In this document: positions 13,100 through 28,141 of the stretch, piece by piece | Layout: every line of letters starts with the position of its first letter | Position numbering within the stretch: position 1 is the stretch's first letter | NCBI GenBank assembly: GCA_964016885.1 | Contig: OZ024742.1 | Coordinates: 16,678,001-16,742,000 of the forward strand | Source of the DNA: Eledone cirrhosa | Lineage: Eukaryota | DNA length: 64,000 nt | Reading direction: 5' to 3' | The notes under the pieces: generated by a model | The model's database searches: none | Seen by the model: only the letters and a program-made list of their open reading frames with translations | Told to the model about the DNA's origin: nothing | Program-made: the position numbers and the translations under genes

Positions 13100-13770
13100 T
13101 GGTGAATGGTTTTGAAGAAACAGATTAAACGGTTTCTCAGTGATGTTATTATTGAACCCTCAGTCTCTCCATAATAAACACAAATACTTCTTGATAGAAA
13201 CGATGGAAAACAGCGCATTCACATACAATAAATAGATACCTCTTTCTAGATGCCTATCCATTTCCTAATATTGGAAATGTCGTGAATTTTATTTCCTACA
13301 ATTAATTCTATTGCCAAGCAAATCTAAAAGCAGTGTTCCATCAAATTTTACTTGACAATTACAATAAAAATATACTGCATTTCAATGTGATGGACGTTTA
13401 TTCCAGTTTACAAAATGACCTTTTGGTGTGACTAACTGAAATCGAGCTTTTCAAAGTGTGATAGATTGTATAATTACCAAACAATGTCATCAAATGATTT
13501 AATGCTTATCTCACCGATGTTACAGTTGGTGGCAAAACTATTGAGGATCTTGATGATAAATCGTCTCAATGCATTTCAGTTACAAAGAAATTCGACATTA
13601 CATTAAACGATAAAGTATTCTGCAACTCTCCATCTCTTAGGGGTGGGCAGGAAATGAAGGGTTAAACTAACTCTCTACAACCTGACCGAGAAAGATGGAA
13701 ACCTTTTGTTGATTAACTGATTACTTGTTATGTTAAACTACGACAACGACTATTAGGTTTCTTCATCTAC
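13100..13770 (+). pseudogene. Decayed Ty3/Gypsy LTR-retrotransposon reverse transcriptase
   Basis: Manual translation across stops and frameshifts: IIEPSVSP..., DAYPFPNI, AVFHQI, YTAFQCDGRLFQFTK*PFGVTN, AFQSVID, AYLTDVTVGG (YLDD motif decayed). Confidence 0.8.
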
Positions 13771-14382
13771 ACTTTGCTTTAACAATACATGATCTAAAAC
13801 TATATATCACTAGAAAATGTTAGAAAAGTATCGTAAAATATAGAATATTGCATATATTATGAGCTGAAGGATAAAACCATTTTAACTTTCACAGATAAAA
13901 TATTGATTAATAAGCGAAGAAATTTATAGAAAAAAAACACTTTCTATATCCTCAATTAACGAGTAACTCTGTACAATTACAAGTAAGTGAATTCAAAATG
14001 AGAATATTACACTCCTAACATGAATTATCGACTAACGTCAGCGAATGTTGATATCAATATCTACATTAAATCATACGTCATCATATATTTTATGGTTTAT
14101 GGCTTCAAAAATATGTGTATTTCCTGAAGTTGCAATTACATTTATAATCTCAAGCCAATGTATGACGAATCAGATTTTCAAAGAAGTTGATTATAGAGAT
14201 ATTCAAAATGATGTCTCATCTGCGAACATTATTGGATTCGTAACACGTAAATCGCAATTAATTAGAGAGGTAGTGACATATTCATTGTCACTAGTCAATC
14301 GTCCTCGTTTATAACTGAATGGGTATCTATGTACAACTCATATAGCATTGTTTGTATCTACACATGAATATATATATATATT

Positions 14383-14416
<34 letters not shown>

Positions 14417-14467
14417 TATATATATATATAAATACACACACACACATATATATATATATATACACAC

Positions 14468-14523
<56 letters not shown>

Positions 14524-14807
14524 CTGGAAATGTCGTTCTTAATTGAAACTTTTAGTTTTAATATAGCTCTTCAGTTAATGGCGGCTAACGTGTATTATTT
14601 TATGTTTTAATTTTAAAAAAATGAAGGTAAATCATTATGTTGGTGTTTATTGGTTTACAAGTTGTGTGGGGTTTCATTAGCTGTCGTATTTGTGGGTGTT
14701 CTCTGTCTGTGCATGAATACATTTGTTCTCTTGTGTTTGTTGGATTGTATATAAGGCTGTGTTTATTTGTGTATGTGTGTGTATGTTATGGATTGTATAT
14801 ATATATA

Positions 14808-14842
<35 letters not shown>

Positions 14843-14856
14843 GATTGTGTGTGCAA

Positions 14857-14906
<50 letters not shown>

Positions 14907-15357
14907 TTAGTTATATATATATAATGTAGGAGGTGAGTTTTATTGTAGTACAATAAAGCAATGCAGATATCGGATAAGTAGCACTGTATAGTTTGTAGAG
15001 TGTCTCCCTATTTTATCTGACGAAAACGCAAATGTTATTGCATGATGATATTTGTTTTTGAAATGCGCATAATAAAATACATGGAACTCTTTTAACCATC
15101 TTTTGATCTTATATATTATATATATATATATATATATACACACACAATTTTATATATATATACATATATATATATATATGAAAACAGGGAGAAAAAGACG
15201 ATTATTAGAAAGAAAAATATATTTTTTCCCTTTTTATTTCTTTTTCTTTTAGTGTGTGTGTGTGTGTGTGTTTGTATATATATATGTATATGTATATATA
15301 TTGCCAAATATACTATACATACATTCATGTATACATCGCTATTTCAGAGCACCAATC

Positions 15358-15439
<82 letters not shown>

Positions 15440-16039
15440 TATGCTGGAACGGAATTATTTATGTTGATATTGTTTATTTGGATTAGTTATTAAATAGTTG
15501 GCTTTCTGTCTCTGTGTTTTCTTCAACTGTTTAATATGTGAGTGGGTCGTTTTGTCTGTTCAGACGGTCTCATGGCAGTATCTATGCGAAATTATAGAAA
15601 ATAAAAGAGAATATTCTTTATGTGTATAATACTTAAAATCCGCTAAATCTTTGATCAATTGAATTTGTTACTTATCTATATATTCCTTTATTCGGGAAAA
15701 GGTCAGAATATTGCTATGTAGGACGTTTATGTTGATACTTTTAATAATTATTAAAGTTGGGACAGATTAGAGTGGTCAACACAGTTTTTACTGACTTAAG
15801 TTTTGTTGTTGTTTTTAGCTAATTTTGAGGTGCTGATTTCAAATATGACATCCCTATTTTGATAGAAAAAATGTACTGCGTTATAGAAAAAAAGTATTGT
15901 CATTTTTAAACTCAGCGGGCCCTAATTACTCAGGAATAGGTCTCAAACTTTGGGCAGAAGAAAGAAAAAGAAAAATATTGTTCACCAGTGTTATGTATTA
16001 TGTTTGAATTTCTCGTTAGTTGATACGTCTTTATGGAAT

Positions 16040-16475
16040 ACTAGCAGAGGTACCTGGTGTTGCTCGGGTATTAAATGGCAGTTATGTATAACATTTATGT
16101 AAATACTTCAGTGCTGCTTCGAAAACTATACTTTTACAAAATCATCGGCTTTTTCCAAAAGAGGGTTCCTGCTCCAGGGGTCCCCTACTTAATATGTGCC
16201 AATTCTGAGAGTTCACATTCGTCTGTAGAACAAACGTAGCCCATGTGTCAAGTTTTGTGAAAATCGGTTGCGAACTCCAGAAGTTATGACGTTTTGTTGC
16301 ATTGCACTGCAGTGCTTCAGTCGACTCCAAGGAAGTGGTTAAAGGGGGTTATCTGCCGGGAGGCCCTATAATCAATAACTGGAAAAAGGAAAACGCCGAT
16401 GACCATCCGGAGTACATAAGTAACCTATGTCTTAAGTTTGGTGAAAATACTGTAGAAATGCATAAGGTATATACA
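16040..16475 (-). mobile_element. Non-autonomous Helitron-like element, 3' part
   Basis: Minus strand ends CCCGAGCAACACCAGGTACCTCTG-CTAG-T (subterminal hairpin plus CTAG). Second copy at 29097-29520. Confidence 0.72.
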
Positions 16476-16624
16476 CACGCGCGCGCATTTAAATGCTTTC
16501 TTTGTTCTTTACACCAGAAGCCACCCTTCAGAAAGGTCACCAATTCTAAAGCACCGAACAAAACCAAAACATTGAATGGACAAAATATTCTTTTAACACC
16601 CTCACATGCAAAGATCCCATCTTA

Positions 16625-16860
16625 TCTATATATATATATAAAGCTGTTGTTGTCTGTGTGTATGTATGTATGTGTGTATGTGTGTGTGTGTCCTCATTTT
16701 TGCAAAGTCTATACAAATCCACATTTCTACTCCGATTGACTTCAAACTTGCATTTATATATTCCTTGCGGTCTAAAGATGCTAATTGCAGCTTTTATTTT
16801 TTCAATTTTCTGTTATTAAAGGGGTTTTAGGCGCCGGTTATCGATCTCCGACGAGCCCTT
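16625..16860 (+). mobile_element. Helitron-like 5' end fragment
   Basis: TCTATATATATATATAAAGCTG..GTCTGTGTGTATGTATG...CCGATTGACTTCAAACTTG: 5' TC, TA run, microsatellite and CCGAT motif typical of non-autonomous Helitrons. Confidence 0.5.
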
Positions 16861-17045
16861 ATAATATCTGTCTATATATCTGGCTGTCTGCATAACGACA
16901 TTCTGACGAACACGTCATTGCTGACGTATTATCTTCGCTACATTCACACACACACACACACACACATATACATATATACTTATATATACATGTATATATA
17001 TATATACATATATACATATACACACACATATATACACATATACAT

Positions 17046-17133
<88 letters not shown>

Positions 17134-17166
17134 CAAACACATATAAACATATAGATATACACATAT

Positions 17167-17209
<43 letters not shown>

Positions 17210-17243
17210 CACACACATATATATATATATGCATACATACACA

Positions 17244-17288
<45 letters not shown>

Positions 17289-17487
17289 AAAAAATCTTTA
17301 CCTGGGTCCTGTATTTTCGTTGCTCTAGTGATGCGGTCGGACTGCCGACTGGTATATCTAATTTGCTAAGCTGTCTGAACATAATGTTATACTCTGGGAT
17401 CTTACCTCATCTGAGTGCTAAATCTACAAACCGAATAAGCATACACGCTAGCTTGGCCGTATACTAGAGCTTCGTCTATGCTGTACT

Positions 17488-17543
<56 letters not shown>

Positions 17544-17764
17544 TACGTTGTACGTATTATTCCCTTTGTGCGTCATTCATCTAACTGTAGACCAACAAAT
17601 ACCAAGTAAACAGAGCGTTGACAAGAACGATGGCGAATGAATCTTGGAGGTAAGCAGTTTCCTCCCGAGCTGTTAGTTCACGCGGGATTCGCTGCTACAC
17701 CTTTTCGTAATAATACCGAACAACGTACTGCTGGTCACTCTTTCCTTCAAAAGCCGTACAAAGC

Positions 17765-17955
<191 letters not shown>

Positions 17956-17994
17956 AGTTTATGAAATGGAAATGCGGGTATAAAGAATTTACTA

Positions 17995-18028
<34 letters not shown>

Positions 18029-18030
<2 letters not shown>

Positions 18031-18470
18031 ATAAGAACAGATTAATGTTTAAGCAAAGAATCGCTGCTTTCAACATTAACGGTATCTTCTGAAACTAAAA
18101 AATTTTATCTGTGAAGGTAGAAGTAAATATTTCGAGAAACGTTGCAGCCGAAGAAAAACAGGAAGATGATATTTTGGTTCGTGAAAACATTCCCTGGCAA
18201 TGAACGGAGAAAAAGCGAGGATAACACGTCGTTATGTGGAACGCGAAGAACAATTTCATGCAAAGACAAGACCAAGTTTATGGTATAAATGGAGTCGTTA
18301 GACTAATGTTCTATTTAAAATAACCGAATCATTTCCAGCCCCGGAGTTTAAGAATGATGTAAATAAAATTGAAAACGAAAATGACAGAAGTTATTAAAAT
18401 AGAAAAAATAAATAGTGAAGATTTAGGCCAGTATATACGTATGAGCCGACGGACATACACATACATACGC
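18029..18470 (+). repeat. Unclassified interspersed repeat family X (copy 1)
   Basis: AACAGATTAA..TTTAAGCAAAGAATCGCTGC...CATTTCCAGCCCCGGAGTTTAAGAATGATG. Reverse-complement copies at 24758-25262, 29580-29963 and 32046-32399; fragments at 41476-41518 and 57925-58057. Confidence 0.8.
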
Positions 18471-18489
18471 ACACACAAATACACACACA

Positions 18490-18544
<55 letters not shown>

Positions 18545-18946
18545 ACACACGCACACACCCACACACACACACACACACACATACACACGCATTAACGATT
18601 TGTCTAAGGTCACTATTTTATAATATGGGGCATAGAGTTAGCATGCTATTCAACTTTTTTAAATAAATATGACGTTATGTATATAGTCTGGAGAGATTTT
18701 ATTTCGGCAGTCACCTTTAAATCTACCATTAACCAAAACAATATTGATTATATTGACATCAGAGCCAATGAACTGAATAACAAATTTATATAGTTTTTCT
18801 TTTAATAAATTCACTTATATAGTGACATCAAACCGTTTCAATAAACACGCTTACATCTCAATAGATGTACATCCATTAAAACCTTTAAACTAACGCAGTC
18901 AGATAAACTAACAGTCTTAGAAATGAAAATAACACCAGCGAGCTAA

Positions 18947-19137
18947 ATAATTGTTTCTACTTTTGGCACAAGGCCAGCAATTACCCAGTGCACTACTGGT
19001 ACTTTATTTTATCGACCCTGTAAGGATGAAAGGCAAAGTTAACCTCGGCAGGATTTGAACTCAGAATGGCAAAGGCCGTAACTCTATGCGTCAAAGCATG
19101 GTGTCCGACCCTCTACCGATACTGCCAATCCACCGCC
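18947..19137 (-). mobile_element. tRNA-derived SINE, full length
   Basis: Complete head, core and tail matching the 10790 and 53211 copies. Confidence 0.9.
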
Positions 19138-19337
19138 CCAAATTATACCATGACAACAGATGGAATAATCTCCAGACAAACTCGATGGTTTGATTCCAAT
19201 ATTTTTCAAGCATCTATATATGACGTTGCAATGATGAAACTTATTTAATGTTACCTGAAGAGTTATGCGATGTCAAAACATATAGTTGAAGTATAAAGAC
19301 GAAATATACAGCTATTGTGTGAGTGTGCAGGATGTGC

Positions 19338-19427
19338 GCAGTGTCGGTAGAAGTTCGGACGCCATGTTTTGCAGCATAGAGTTACGCCCCTTACTGGCCT
19401 TGTTTTCAAAAATAGAAACAGTTATTT
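19338..19427 (+). mobile_element. Internally deleted SINE (head fused to tail)
   Basis: GCAGTGTCGGTAGAAGTTCGGACGCCATGTTTTGCAGCATAGAGTTACG is joined directly to CTGGCCTTG..AATAGAAACAGTTATT; B box and core are missing. Confidence 0.7.
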
Positions 19428-20774
19428 GTTTTAAGAAAATTTGTTTTTTATTGAAACATGAATTACACACAGCATTTATAACCTTAGGTAAAAGCACAAG
19501 AAAACAACCAAACACAAACATTCAAAACTGGTTCCTTGCTACAGATTTATCACTAAATTTTCGTTGCTACAGATTTATCACTAATTTTTTCCACGCCATG
19601 GTTTGTATCTCACAAAGGATAAATTGAGCATTGAAACTTTTTACATAAATGTTAATTTAGTTGATTCAATGTTTTTTTCATTTTCTTTATTCTCTTACAA
19701 TTCAAATGTTTCCGAGTCAACATTAACGAGTATTCTTAGATTTAATGAGCCATAACTACAAATATTTGTTTACTCTACTTCAAGGCAGAATTTACGCTAA
19801 GTAAGCCTTAAAGCACGTACGTTTTCGTTCATGTTTAGTTCTAAATGTTAGCCTTGATCTATTGAAATTATAAAGCAAGGCACGCCATCAGGGACAAAGC
19901 TGCCTGTTTTAAAGGCATTGCTTAACTAGATTTATATTATCCAATCTATTCATCCATGGTTAAGCCTGTGGGTATGATATGAGCGTGATTGGCGACAGAT
20001 ATTGCAAGAGGGACAAAAAAGCCATTTGAATGACTCCTCTTTTGGTTCATTATACATGACTTATTCATCTGGGTAAGGATTACGACAAATATCCCACAAA
20101 AAATTGGTTTTGAAAAGTAAACCATCAAAGAAAAGTACGTATACATGTATACATGCATGTAAGTGTGCTTGTTTGTTTGTATATATATATATATATATAT
20201 TATATGTATATGCATACATATATATATATATATATACACAAAATTAAGATAAATCAAAATGAATTTAATCTAAATCAAAATTATGGGTTTATGGGTGTCA
20301 TGCAGGGAAGATTAATCATATTATAAGGTATCTATTTCTGAAGTTCTAGTTAACTTTATTTAGTTACCTGCCTAGCTATGTGTGCTTACACACTTGTAAA
20401 AATTATCTCAGGTGATTGTTTCATATGTTTATTCATATGTTAATCAATTTTTAGTTGTTATATATATATATATATATATAATATGGAAAACGAAGAATCA
20501 GTGATGCATCGGAACACAATTTATTACGTATTACAATTGTTTTGCCGGCGAACAGTTCGAGGGGCTATCTGTTTGTGGATCGAACCTGACTCTGGAATCG
20601 CAAGTTCCTCAGACACGTCTAGTGATTTCGACGCAAATCCCCTTTCTCTACGTAATAAATTGTGTTCCAATGCATCACTGATTCTTCGTTTTCCATATTA
20701 TCATACTCTGCTCCGAAGGAGCATAGAGTGCTCATCCGGCTAACCGCCTATGGACGCATCGAACCAATCTTACT

Positions 20775-20822
<48 letters not shown>

Positions 20823-20823
<1 letters not shown>

Positions 20824-21010
20824 TAAAAGGAAAAGAAAATGCTGACAAATTGTTCCCAGTGAAAAATAGTTTAATTAGGAATAAGTAAAAATTAGTAATA
20901 AGTATTGGTTAGTATTCAGTTTTAGTTTTAAGTTTTTACCGGTTGCGCATTTCTAATGCTTTTAAAGAATAATATTGAGATAGAGCGTCCGTGATGTTTG
21001 CTCTAATCTG
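20823..21010 (-). mobile_element. Solo pseudo-LTR fragment of the Penelope family at 34.9-39.0 kb
   Basis: AAATGCTGACAAATTGTTC..GTTTAATTAGGAATAA...TTTTACCGGTTGCGCATTTCTA...GATAGAG.GTCCGTG.TGTTTGCTCT matches 34950-35132; flanked by (TA)n. Confidence 0.82.
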
Positions 21011-21046
21011 TATATATATATATATATGTGAGTGTATAGGAAAATG

Positions 21047-21200
21047 TTTAACCCCGACGGAGTCCAGAAATAGCCGTCGAAACGGCTTGAGCTCTGCTTC
21101 GGGGTTAAACATATTCCTATAACCCACTCTACTACCCTAAGTATTGAGTACGCTGGTGCGTTATGGTCCATCTGGTTCCTTACCACACTTCCTGCGTTAT
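21047..21200. repeat. Structured interspersed repeat Y (also 62295-62430 and 63564-63619)
   Basis: AGTCCAGAA.TAGCCGTCGAAACGGCTTGAGCTC is shared by all copies; ACCCACTCTACTACCCTAAGTATTGAGTAC is shared with the reverse complement at 62340-62370. Confidence 0.75.
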
Positions 21201-21231
21201 ATATATGTATATATATGTATATATATATTCA

Positions 21232-22216
<985 letters not shown>

Positions 22217-22234
22217 CTATCAAAGTTATCAAAG

Positions 22235-22290
<56 letters not shown>

Positions 22291-22345
22291 GTATAAGATA
22301 TACATATATATGTATATAAGATATATATATATATATATACATATA

Positions 22346-22382
<37 letters not shown>

Positions 22383-22386
<4 letters not shown>

Positions 22387-23007
22387 TTATATCTAAATGT
22401 TTCTTCTCTCTTCATAATGTATTTTTAACTCTGATACTGGTTCAGTCTGGTTCAAACTGAATTGGTCTGTCCCAGTCATTCATTGAGCAACATCGGTGAA
22501 GTTGGCACCCTTAACTCACAGTTGGGTGCGGATGCATTCATGTATATATGTGTGTGTCCGCATGTATCTGTGTGTTTCTAAATGTATTAATAACTCCCTC
22601 TGGTCGAGCAATCTTTGAAGTGTGGGGACAACTGGAAAGCTTCCATTACTCATACTTCTCGCCTTCTTCACTACCTCTTCTACGGCCTCGATATGAATAC
22701 CCCCTCCGCCTCCGTGGTATTCTTTTCGTGGTTATAAGAGGCTTAGCTCTGTTTCTCGACCGTTATATCGCGTGACTATCTCCCCCTCCGCCTTTTGGGA
22801 TTCTTTCTCACGTCGTGTAGACGCGTTCTTGAGACTAGTAAAATGAGGTATCCTCTTGATAAGTCGGCAGACCTCGCAAGGACTCTATATCTTTGATATA
22901 TTGTTTTTGTTTATGCCACGAAACTACGTAGTCGAGGAATTTAGGAACAGTTTAGGTATGATACATTTTATTACTAATTATATCTAAATGTTTCTTCTCT
23001 CTTCATA

Positions 23008-23012
<5 letters not shown>
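22383..23012 (+). mobile_element. Non-autonomous Penelope/retrozyme-like unit with ~38-bp terminal direct repeats
   Basis: TAATTATATCTAAATGTTTCTTCTCTCTTCATAATGTAT at ~22384 and ~22976, an internal hammerhead at 22851-22937, and (TA)n on both flanks. Confidence 0.6.
22851..22937 (+). ncRNA. Hammerhead motif with U3-A8 variant core
   Basis: TCCTC-TTGATAA-GTcGGCA...TGCCAC-GAAA-CTACGTAG-TC-GAGGA. Confidence 0.62.
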
Positions 23013-23046
<34 letters not shown>

Positions 23047-23481
23047 GAAAACATGGCTTGCTGCGTGGTTGCAAATGGGTTACATATGAATAAATTTAGT
23101 CCTTCATCAGTGATCTTCCAGCCTTCATTGGTATTTCATCGCTTTAAAGACCATATAGCTCTGGCTCGTGCGAGCAACGACTAAAGAAAGTCAATAGGGA
23201 GAACGAGCGAGACAGTAAACAAACAAAGATGGTAATGCAACGAAAAGTGAGGAAGAAGGAGTCAAGTCCCTGAAATCGATGAATATAAGTTCTATGAAAT
23301 CGTGGACGAGAGAGAATAAAGACCATCAAACCTAGTCGAAATGTGAGCAAGGAAAGAATTTCGCACAGGTCAAACGGGAGGATGAAGGAGTCAAGTCCCT
23401 GAAATATATATATATATCTTATATGTATAAGTATAAGATATACATATATATGTATATGAGATATATATATATACATATAAG

Positions 23482-24110
23482 ATATGGTATAACCCCCCAT
23501 ATAATATGGAGATGGCCACACCATTAGCTAAGATCTATCGCTCTCTTATTATGAAGCATTTCCCCAGCACATAAATATAGTAACATTTTTAATAGAAATA
23601 CCATAAAAGTTTCTTACTCTACGACTCCTAACCTTGCACAAAACATCACAGCTTCAAATTTAGCTAAACTACCTAGCCGTAGGAACACGTGCAACCCTGT
23701 AGCTAGTACTAACTGCAATTGTAGGAATCGGGTTGACTGCCCCCTATCCGGGAAATGCCTCTCTAGTAACATTATCTACAAATGTAAGGTTGAAACACCC
23801 ACGTCCCGTAGGGCCTACATAGGGTTAACCGCCAATAGATTCAAGCAGCGTCTTTACATGCATACCCATTCTTTTCTTAACCGTTTAAGAAGGAATATGA
23901 CGTCACTTTCAGCTTATATCTGCAGTCTAAAAGATAACCACACACAATATAAGTTACACTGGGAGATCCTAGCGGAGGCTAGATCGTATAACGGAAATAA
24001 AAGACCATGTGACCGCTGTGCCGCTGAGGCCCTGGAAATACTCTACGCCAAAGACAAAAAATCTGAGGCAATTTCGGCTTGTAAACATAAATTACACAAA
24101 ACTTTCCTTT
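23482..24110 (+). pseudogene. Penelope-like element (Hydra-type) C-terminal fragment: linker + GIY-YIG endonuclease
   Basis: Manual translation: WYNPP..., KHFP.., IFNRNTIKVSYS, CNCRNRVDCPLSGKC (CxCx5Cx5C), NIIYKCKV..RAYIGLTANRFKQR, TSLSAYI, CDRC..E. Confidence 0.85.
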
Positions 24111-24512
24111 ATTACAGCCCCACATTATACCCTAACGGATAGTACGATCTATACGCGGATATTTTACGTCTTGATGTGGTAGCTAAGTATATGTTATGTT
24201 TATACCATTATTTATTTGTATAGGTAAGTATATATTACCTGTATGTTTTGTGAAGGTTCGTATACTTTCTCCTACGTATATTTGCCTGTATATGTTATGG
24301 CGTATATATTATATTTTCTGGTACATGTGCGTTTGGTTATGTGTATACGCGTGTTTTGCGTCTGTGCGAGTACGCGGGTTCGGACGTATGTAGGGTGTGT
24401 GTATATGTGTACTTTGTGTTTTGGTCGACGTACGCCTGCTGACATATGTGTATTTATATGTAGGTATGTGTGTGCGCGCGTTATATAAGTTTATTTAATT
24501 ATATTATACACG

Positions 24513-24543
<31 letters not shown>

Positions 24544-24757
24544 TTTTATATATATTTTTATGTGTAGTTGGTGTATACGTTCGTATGTGTGCGGGTACAG
24601 GCTTTGCCTGGTTTCTGTGCTTGTATTTGTATACCTATGGCGTGTGTTTTCGCCTATGCTTGTGTATGTACGTGTATGTATGCGTGTATGTATTTATTTA
24701 ATTTCAATTACCTCTGTATTTTATTTACTTTATTCTTAACTCTGAAGCCGAGAATCA

Positions 24758-25262
24758 TTCGGTTTTCTAGTTAGAATTTTGGTCTATGACTTCAGTTATA
24801 CCATTTGCGTGGTTTTTTTGCTGCAATTGTCCTCCTCGATCCACATAATGACGTATTTTCTTCGTTTTTTCCGTTCATTGCCAGAGAACGTCTCTATGAA
24901 CCACCTAACAGAATATTAGTCTACGACTACATTTATACCATAAACGTGGTTTGGTCTTAGCTTGTAATTGTTTTCACCGCACCAAATAATGACGTATTAT
25001 CTTCGTTTTTTCCGTTCATTGCCAGGGAACGTTTCCACGAACCAAAGTATCGTCTTCCTGTCTTCCACCGGCTGCAACGTTTTTTGAAATATTTACTTCT
25101 GCGTTCACAGATTGACTTTTTTAGTTTCAGAAGATCCCGTTAAGGGTTAAAGCAGCGATTCTTTGCTTAAAATTTAATCTGTTATTTTAATAAATATTCG
25201 CTCTACGGTTCTTATATATTTGATATATGTTTATCCTTATCGAGCCCTCTTTGGATTTTAGT
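24758..25262 (-). repeat. Interspersed repeat family X (copy 2, with internal duplication of ATAATGACGTATT..CGTTCATTGCCAG)
   Basis: Reverse complement of 18029-18330; the segment at ~24845-24903 is repeated at ~24986-25043. Confidence 0.78.
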
Positions 25263-25285
25263 CTTCAAATTTATTATTATTTCTA

Positions 25286-25399
<114 letters not shown>

Positions 25400-25414
25400 A
25401 TATAAATATAGTGC

Positions 25415-25649
25415 TTCTGACAGAGTTTTCAAGTTTGTACGTTGCTCTGTGCTCATTGCTTGACGACCTGAAACAGAGGACATGTATGTAAAATTATGAA
25501 GAAAAAAGTTTGATCGCTGCAGAGAGCTAAGATTACAGTTACATACTCCAGGGGGATTACTTTGAAGGAGAAAACTCTTAGTGTAAAGTTTGGGTTTGAA
25601 ATAAATATTTTGTGACATCAGTCCTGGATCTTTTCTGACACACCTCGTA
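25415..25649 (-). mobile_element. Mariner/Tc1 DNA transposon 5' end (TIR + transposase start)
   Basis: Minus strand TA-CGAGGTGTGTCAGAAAAG resembles a mariner TIR within (TA)n; downstream [10 protein letters not shown] resembles the mariner N-terminal EQR motif. Confidence 0.6.
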
Positions 25650-25665
25650 TATATATATATATATA

Positions 25666-25896
25666 TAATGTATAATAAACAATACAATATAATTACCTCA
25701 TTACCAGAGGTTTTCCGAATAAGACGAATTACAAGAAACGTCCGCATTCGTTCGTCAGATAAGAAGATTTTTCAAATATTTTACTATGTTTTAAATTGCC
25801 TTGTCTGATGAAGGAAAGCGGACATTTCTTGTATTCGTCTTATTCGGGAAACTTCTGGTAATGAGGTATATATATTGTATTGTTTCTTATACATTA
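25666..25896. repeat. Imperfect inverted repeat (~97-bp arms) with a decayed CTGATGA hammerhead-like start
   Basis: Arms 25666-25763 and 25800-25896 are reverse complements (TACCTCATTACCAGAGGTTTTCCGAATAAGACGAAT / ATTCGTCTTATTCGGGAAACTTCTGGTAATGAGGTA). Confidence 0.85.
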
Positions 25897-25970
25897 AATT
25901 TAGCTCTGTAACTTACATAGGGCATTCTTCACACATTTGTCTTTTTCAATTTTCAACAGAAACTTCAATA

Positions 25971-26053
<83 letters not shown>

Positions 26054-26120
26054 CACAAATTTAGTTTATAACAGATTAGAAGCACCCAAGAGTTTTCTAC
26101 TGGAGTACAATATCAATAAT

Positions 26121-26339
26121 ATTAATAAATGGAAACTATATTTATTTTATTATATATATTTCAAGGGTACCAAAATTTAGGTACGCTTTTATCAGATAAA
26201 ATCCAAACAGAACTCAAAACGTTAAGTTCTAGTTTTGAATATGTCACCATCTGATGAGAGCGTACCAAAATGTTGGTACCCCTGAAATATATATAATACA
26301 ATAAATATGGTTTTATAAAGATAGTTTCCATTTATTAAT
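26121..26339. repeat. Inverted repeat carrying two divergently oriented hammerhead-like motifs
   Basis: Plus strand 26249-26296 reads AT-CTGATGA-GAGCGTACC..GGTACCCCT-GAAA-TATATATA-AT. The minus-strand copy at 26152-26197 has core CTGATAA. Outer arms ATTAATAAATGGAAACTAT / ATAGTTTCCATTTATTAAT. Confidence 0.75.
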
Positions 26340-26439
<100 letters not shown>

Positions 26440-26585
26440 GAGTAATATTGTAGAACAATAAAACTATGCATATATCAGATAAGTAGCACTCAACAGTTGG
26501 AAGAACTGCAGTATATATAATAAAGATGATATGTAGACTTAGCACTTTCCTAGTGATATTATGCCTCATATCATTGTACCTTATT

Positions 26586-26651
26586 TTTTATCTGAAGAGA
26601 ACACAACATCTGTCCCAGGATGATTTTCTATTCGAAATACGTATAATAAAA
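26586..26651 (+). ncRNA. Minimal hammerhead ribozyme motif
   Basis: TTTTAT-CTGAAGA-GAA...TTC-GAAA-TACGTA-TA-ATAAAA. Stem I is TTTTAT/ATAAAA, stem III is palindromic and stem II is short. Confidence 0.62.
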
Positions 26652-26687
26652 TATATAGAACTCTTATAACCCTCTTTATTTCATCTT

Positions 26688-26725
<38 letters not shown>

Positions 26726-26727
26726 AA

Positions 26728-26774
<47 letters not shown>

Positions 26775-27174
26775 GGGAGAGAGAGGGAAAGAGAGTAAGA
26801 CAGACAAAGATAATTAGATAGATAAATACATGTACAATTTTCGTATATTATATAGCGACACAAAACACGCATTCTTTTCAATGTTTGGTATTCGGAGAAA
26901 ATATTTTAGCAATATATTAATTAAACGATGCGGTAAAAATATGAAGCTTAGAATTAATATTGTAGGCGACCCGACTAAAATCACAACTCAATAGTATTTG
27001 TTCTTCAGCGAGGGAGGGAGTTACATGGCTGGTCTAGGCGTATTTTGTCCATTATAAGTATTATATTATATAAGTCCGGCTTTACATTCGTCTCTCTTCA
27101 TATATATATATTAAACAGGAACACACATACATACACATACATACATACATACGCTTCCTCCCTCACACACACAC

Positions 27175-27263
<89 letters not shown>

Positions 27264-27796
27264 GTATATATATATGTATATATATATGTGTGTATATATG
27301 TATGTATATATTGTGTGTTTGTATATATATGTGTATATATATACATACACACACACACGCATATATATATATATTATATATATATATATAAATATCTCTA
27401 TATATATACATATATATGTGTACATATATATATATGCACACATATATATATATATACACGTATATATATATATATATATATTATATATATGTATATATAT
27501 AATATACATATGTATATAATGATAATAATAATTTGCTTTCCCCTTTCCTTTGGTCTCCCTTTGTGACAGTTACTACTGGTACGGCCTTCCATAGAAATAT
27601 CTTTGAGATTAACATCGGTCTAAGTACAATAAATCTAATAACCTAAACTACTAATTATTTCTGCAAGCTGATAAAATCCTTTTCAGCTTTCATCCTATGT
27701 TTCGAGTGGTCAGTTATATTTTCCATAGGTTCCTTCCTCAGACTCTATTGTTTCTGTCTGTTTGTCTATCCTTTCCTCACACTCATTTGAAATATA

Positions 27797-27862
<66 letters not shown>

Positions 27863-27889
27863 AATACGCACGCACACACACACACACAT

Positions 27890-27944
<55 letters not shown>

Positions 27945-28019
27945 CATACATATATATATTCATATAGGTAAATACAAACACTTATATATGTATATATGTA
28001 AATATATCTAAATATGTAA

Positions 28020-28141
<122 letters not shown>

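Noticed and set aside
23240-23412. Duplicated GAAGGAGTCAAGTCCCTGAAAT, hammerhead-like; similar partial cores at 27697-27745(-), 58163-58235(-) and 60639(+)
   Set aside because: Core or stems too degenerate to call individually.
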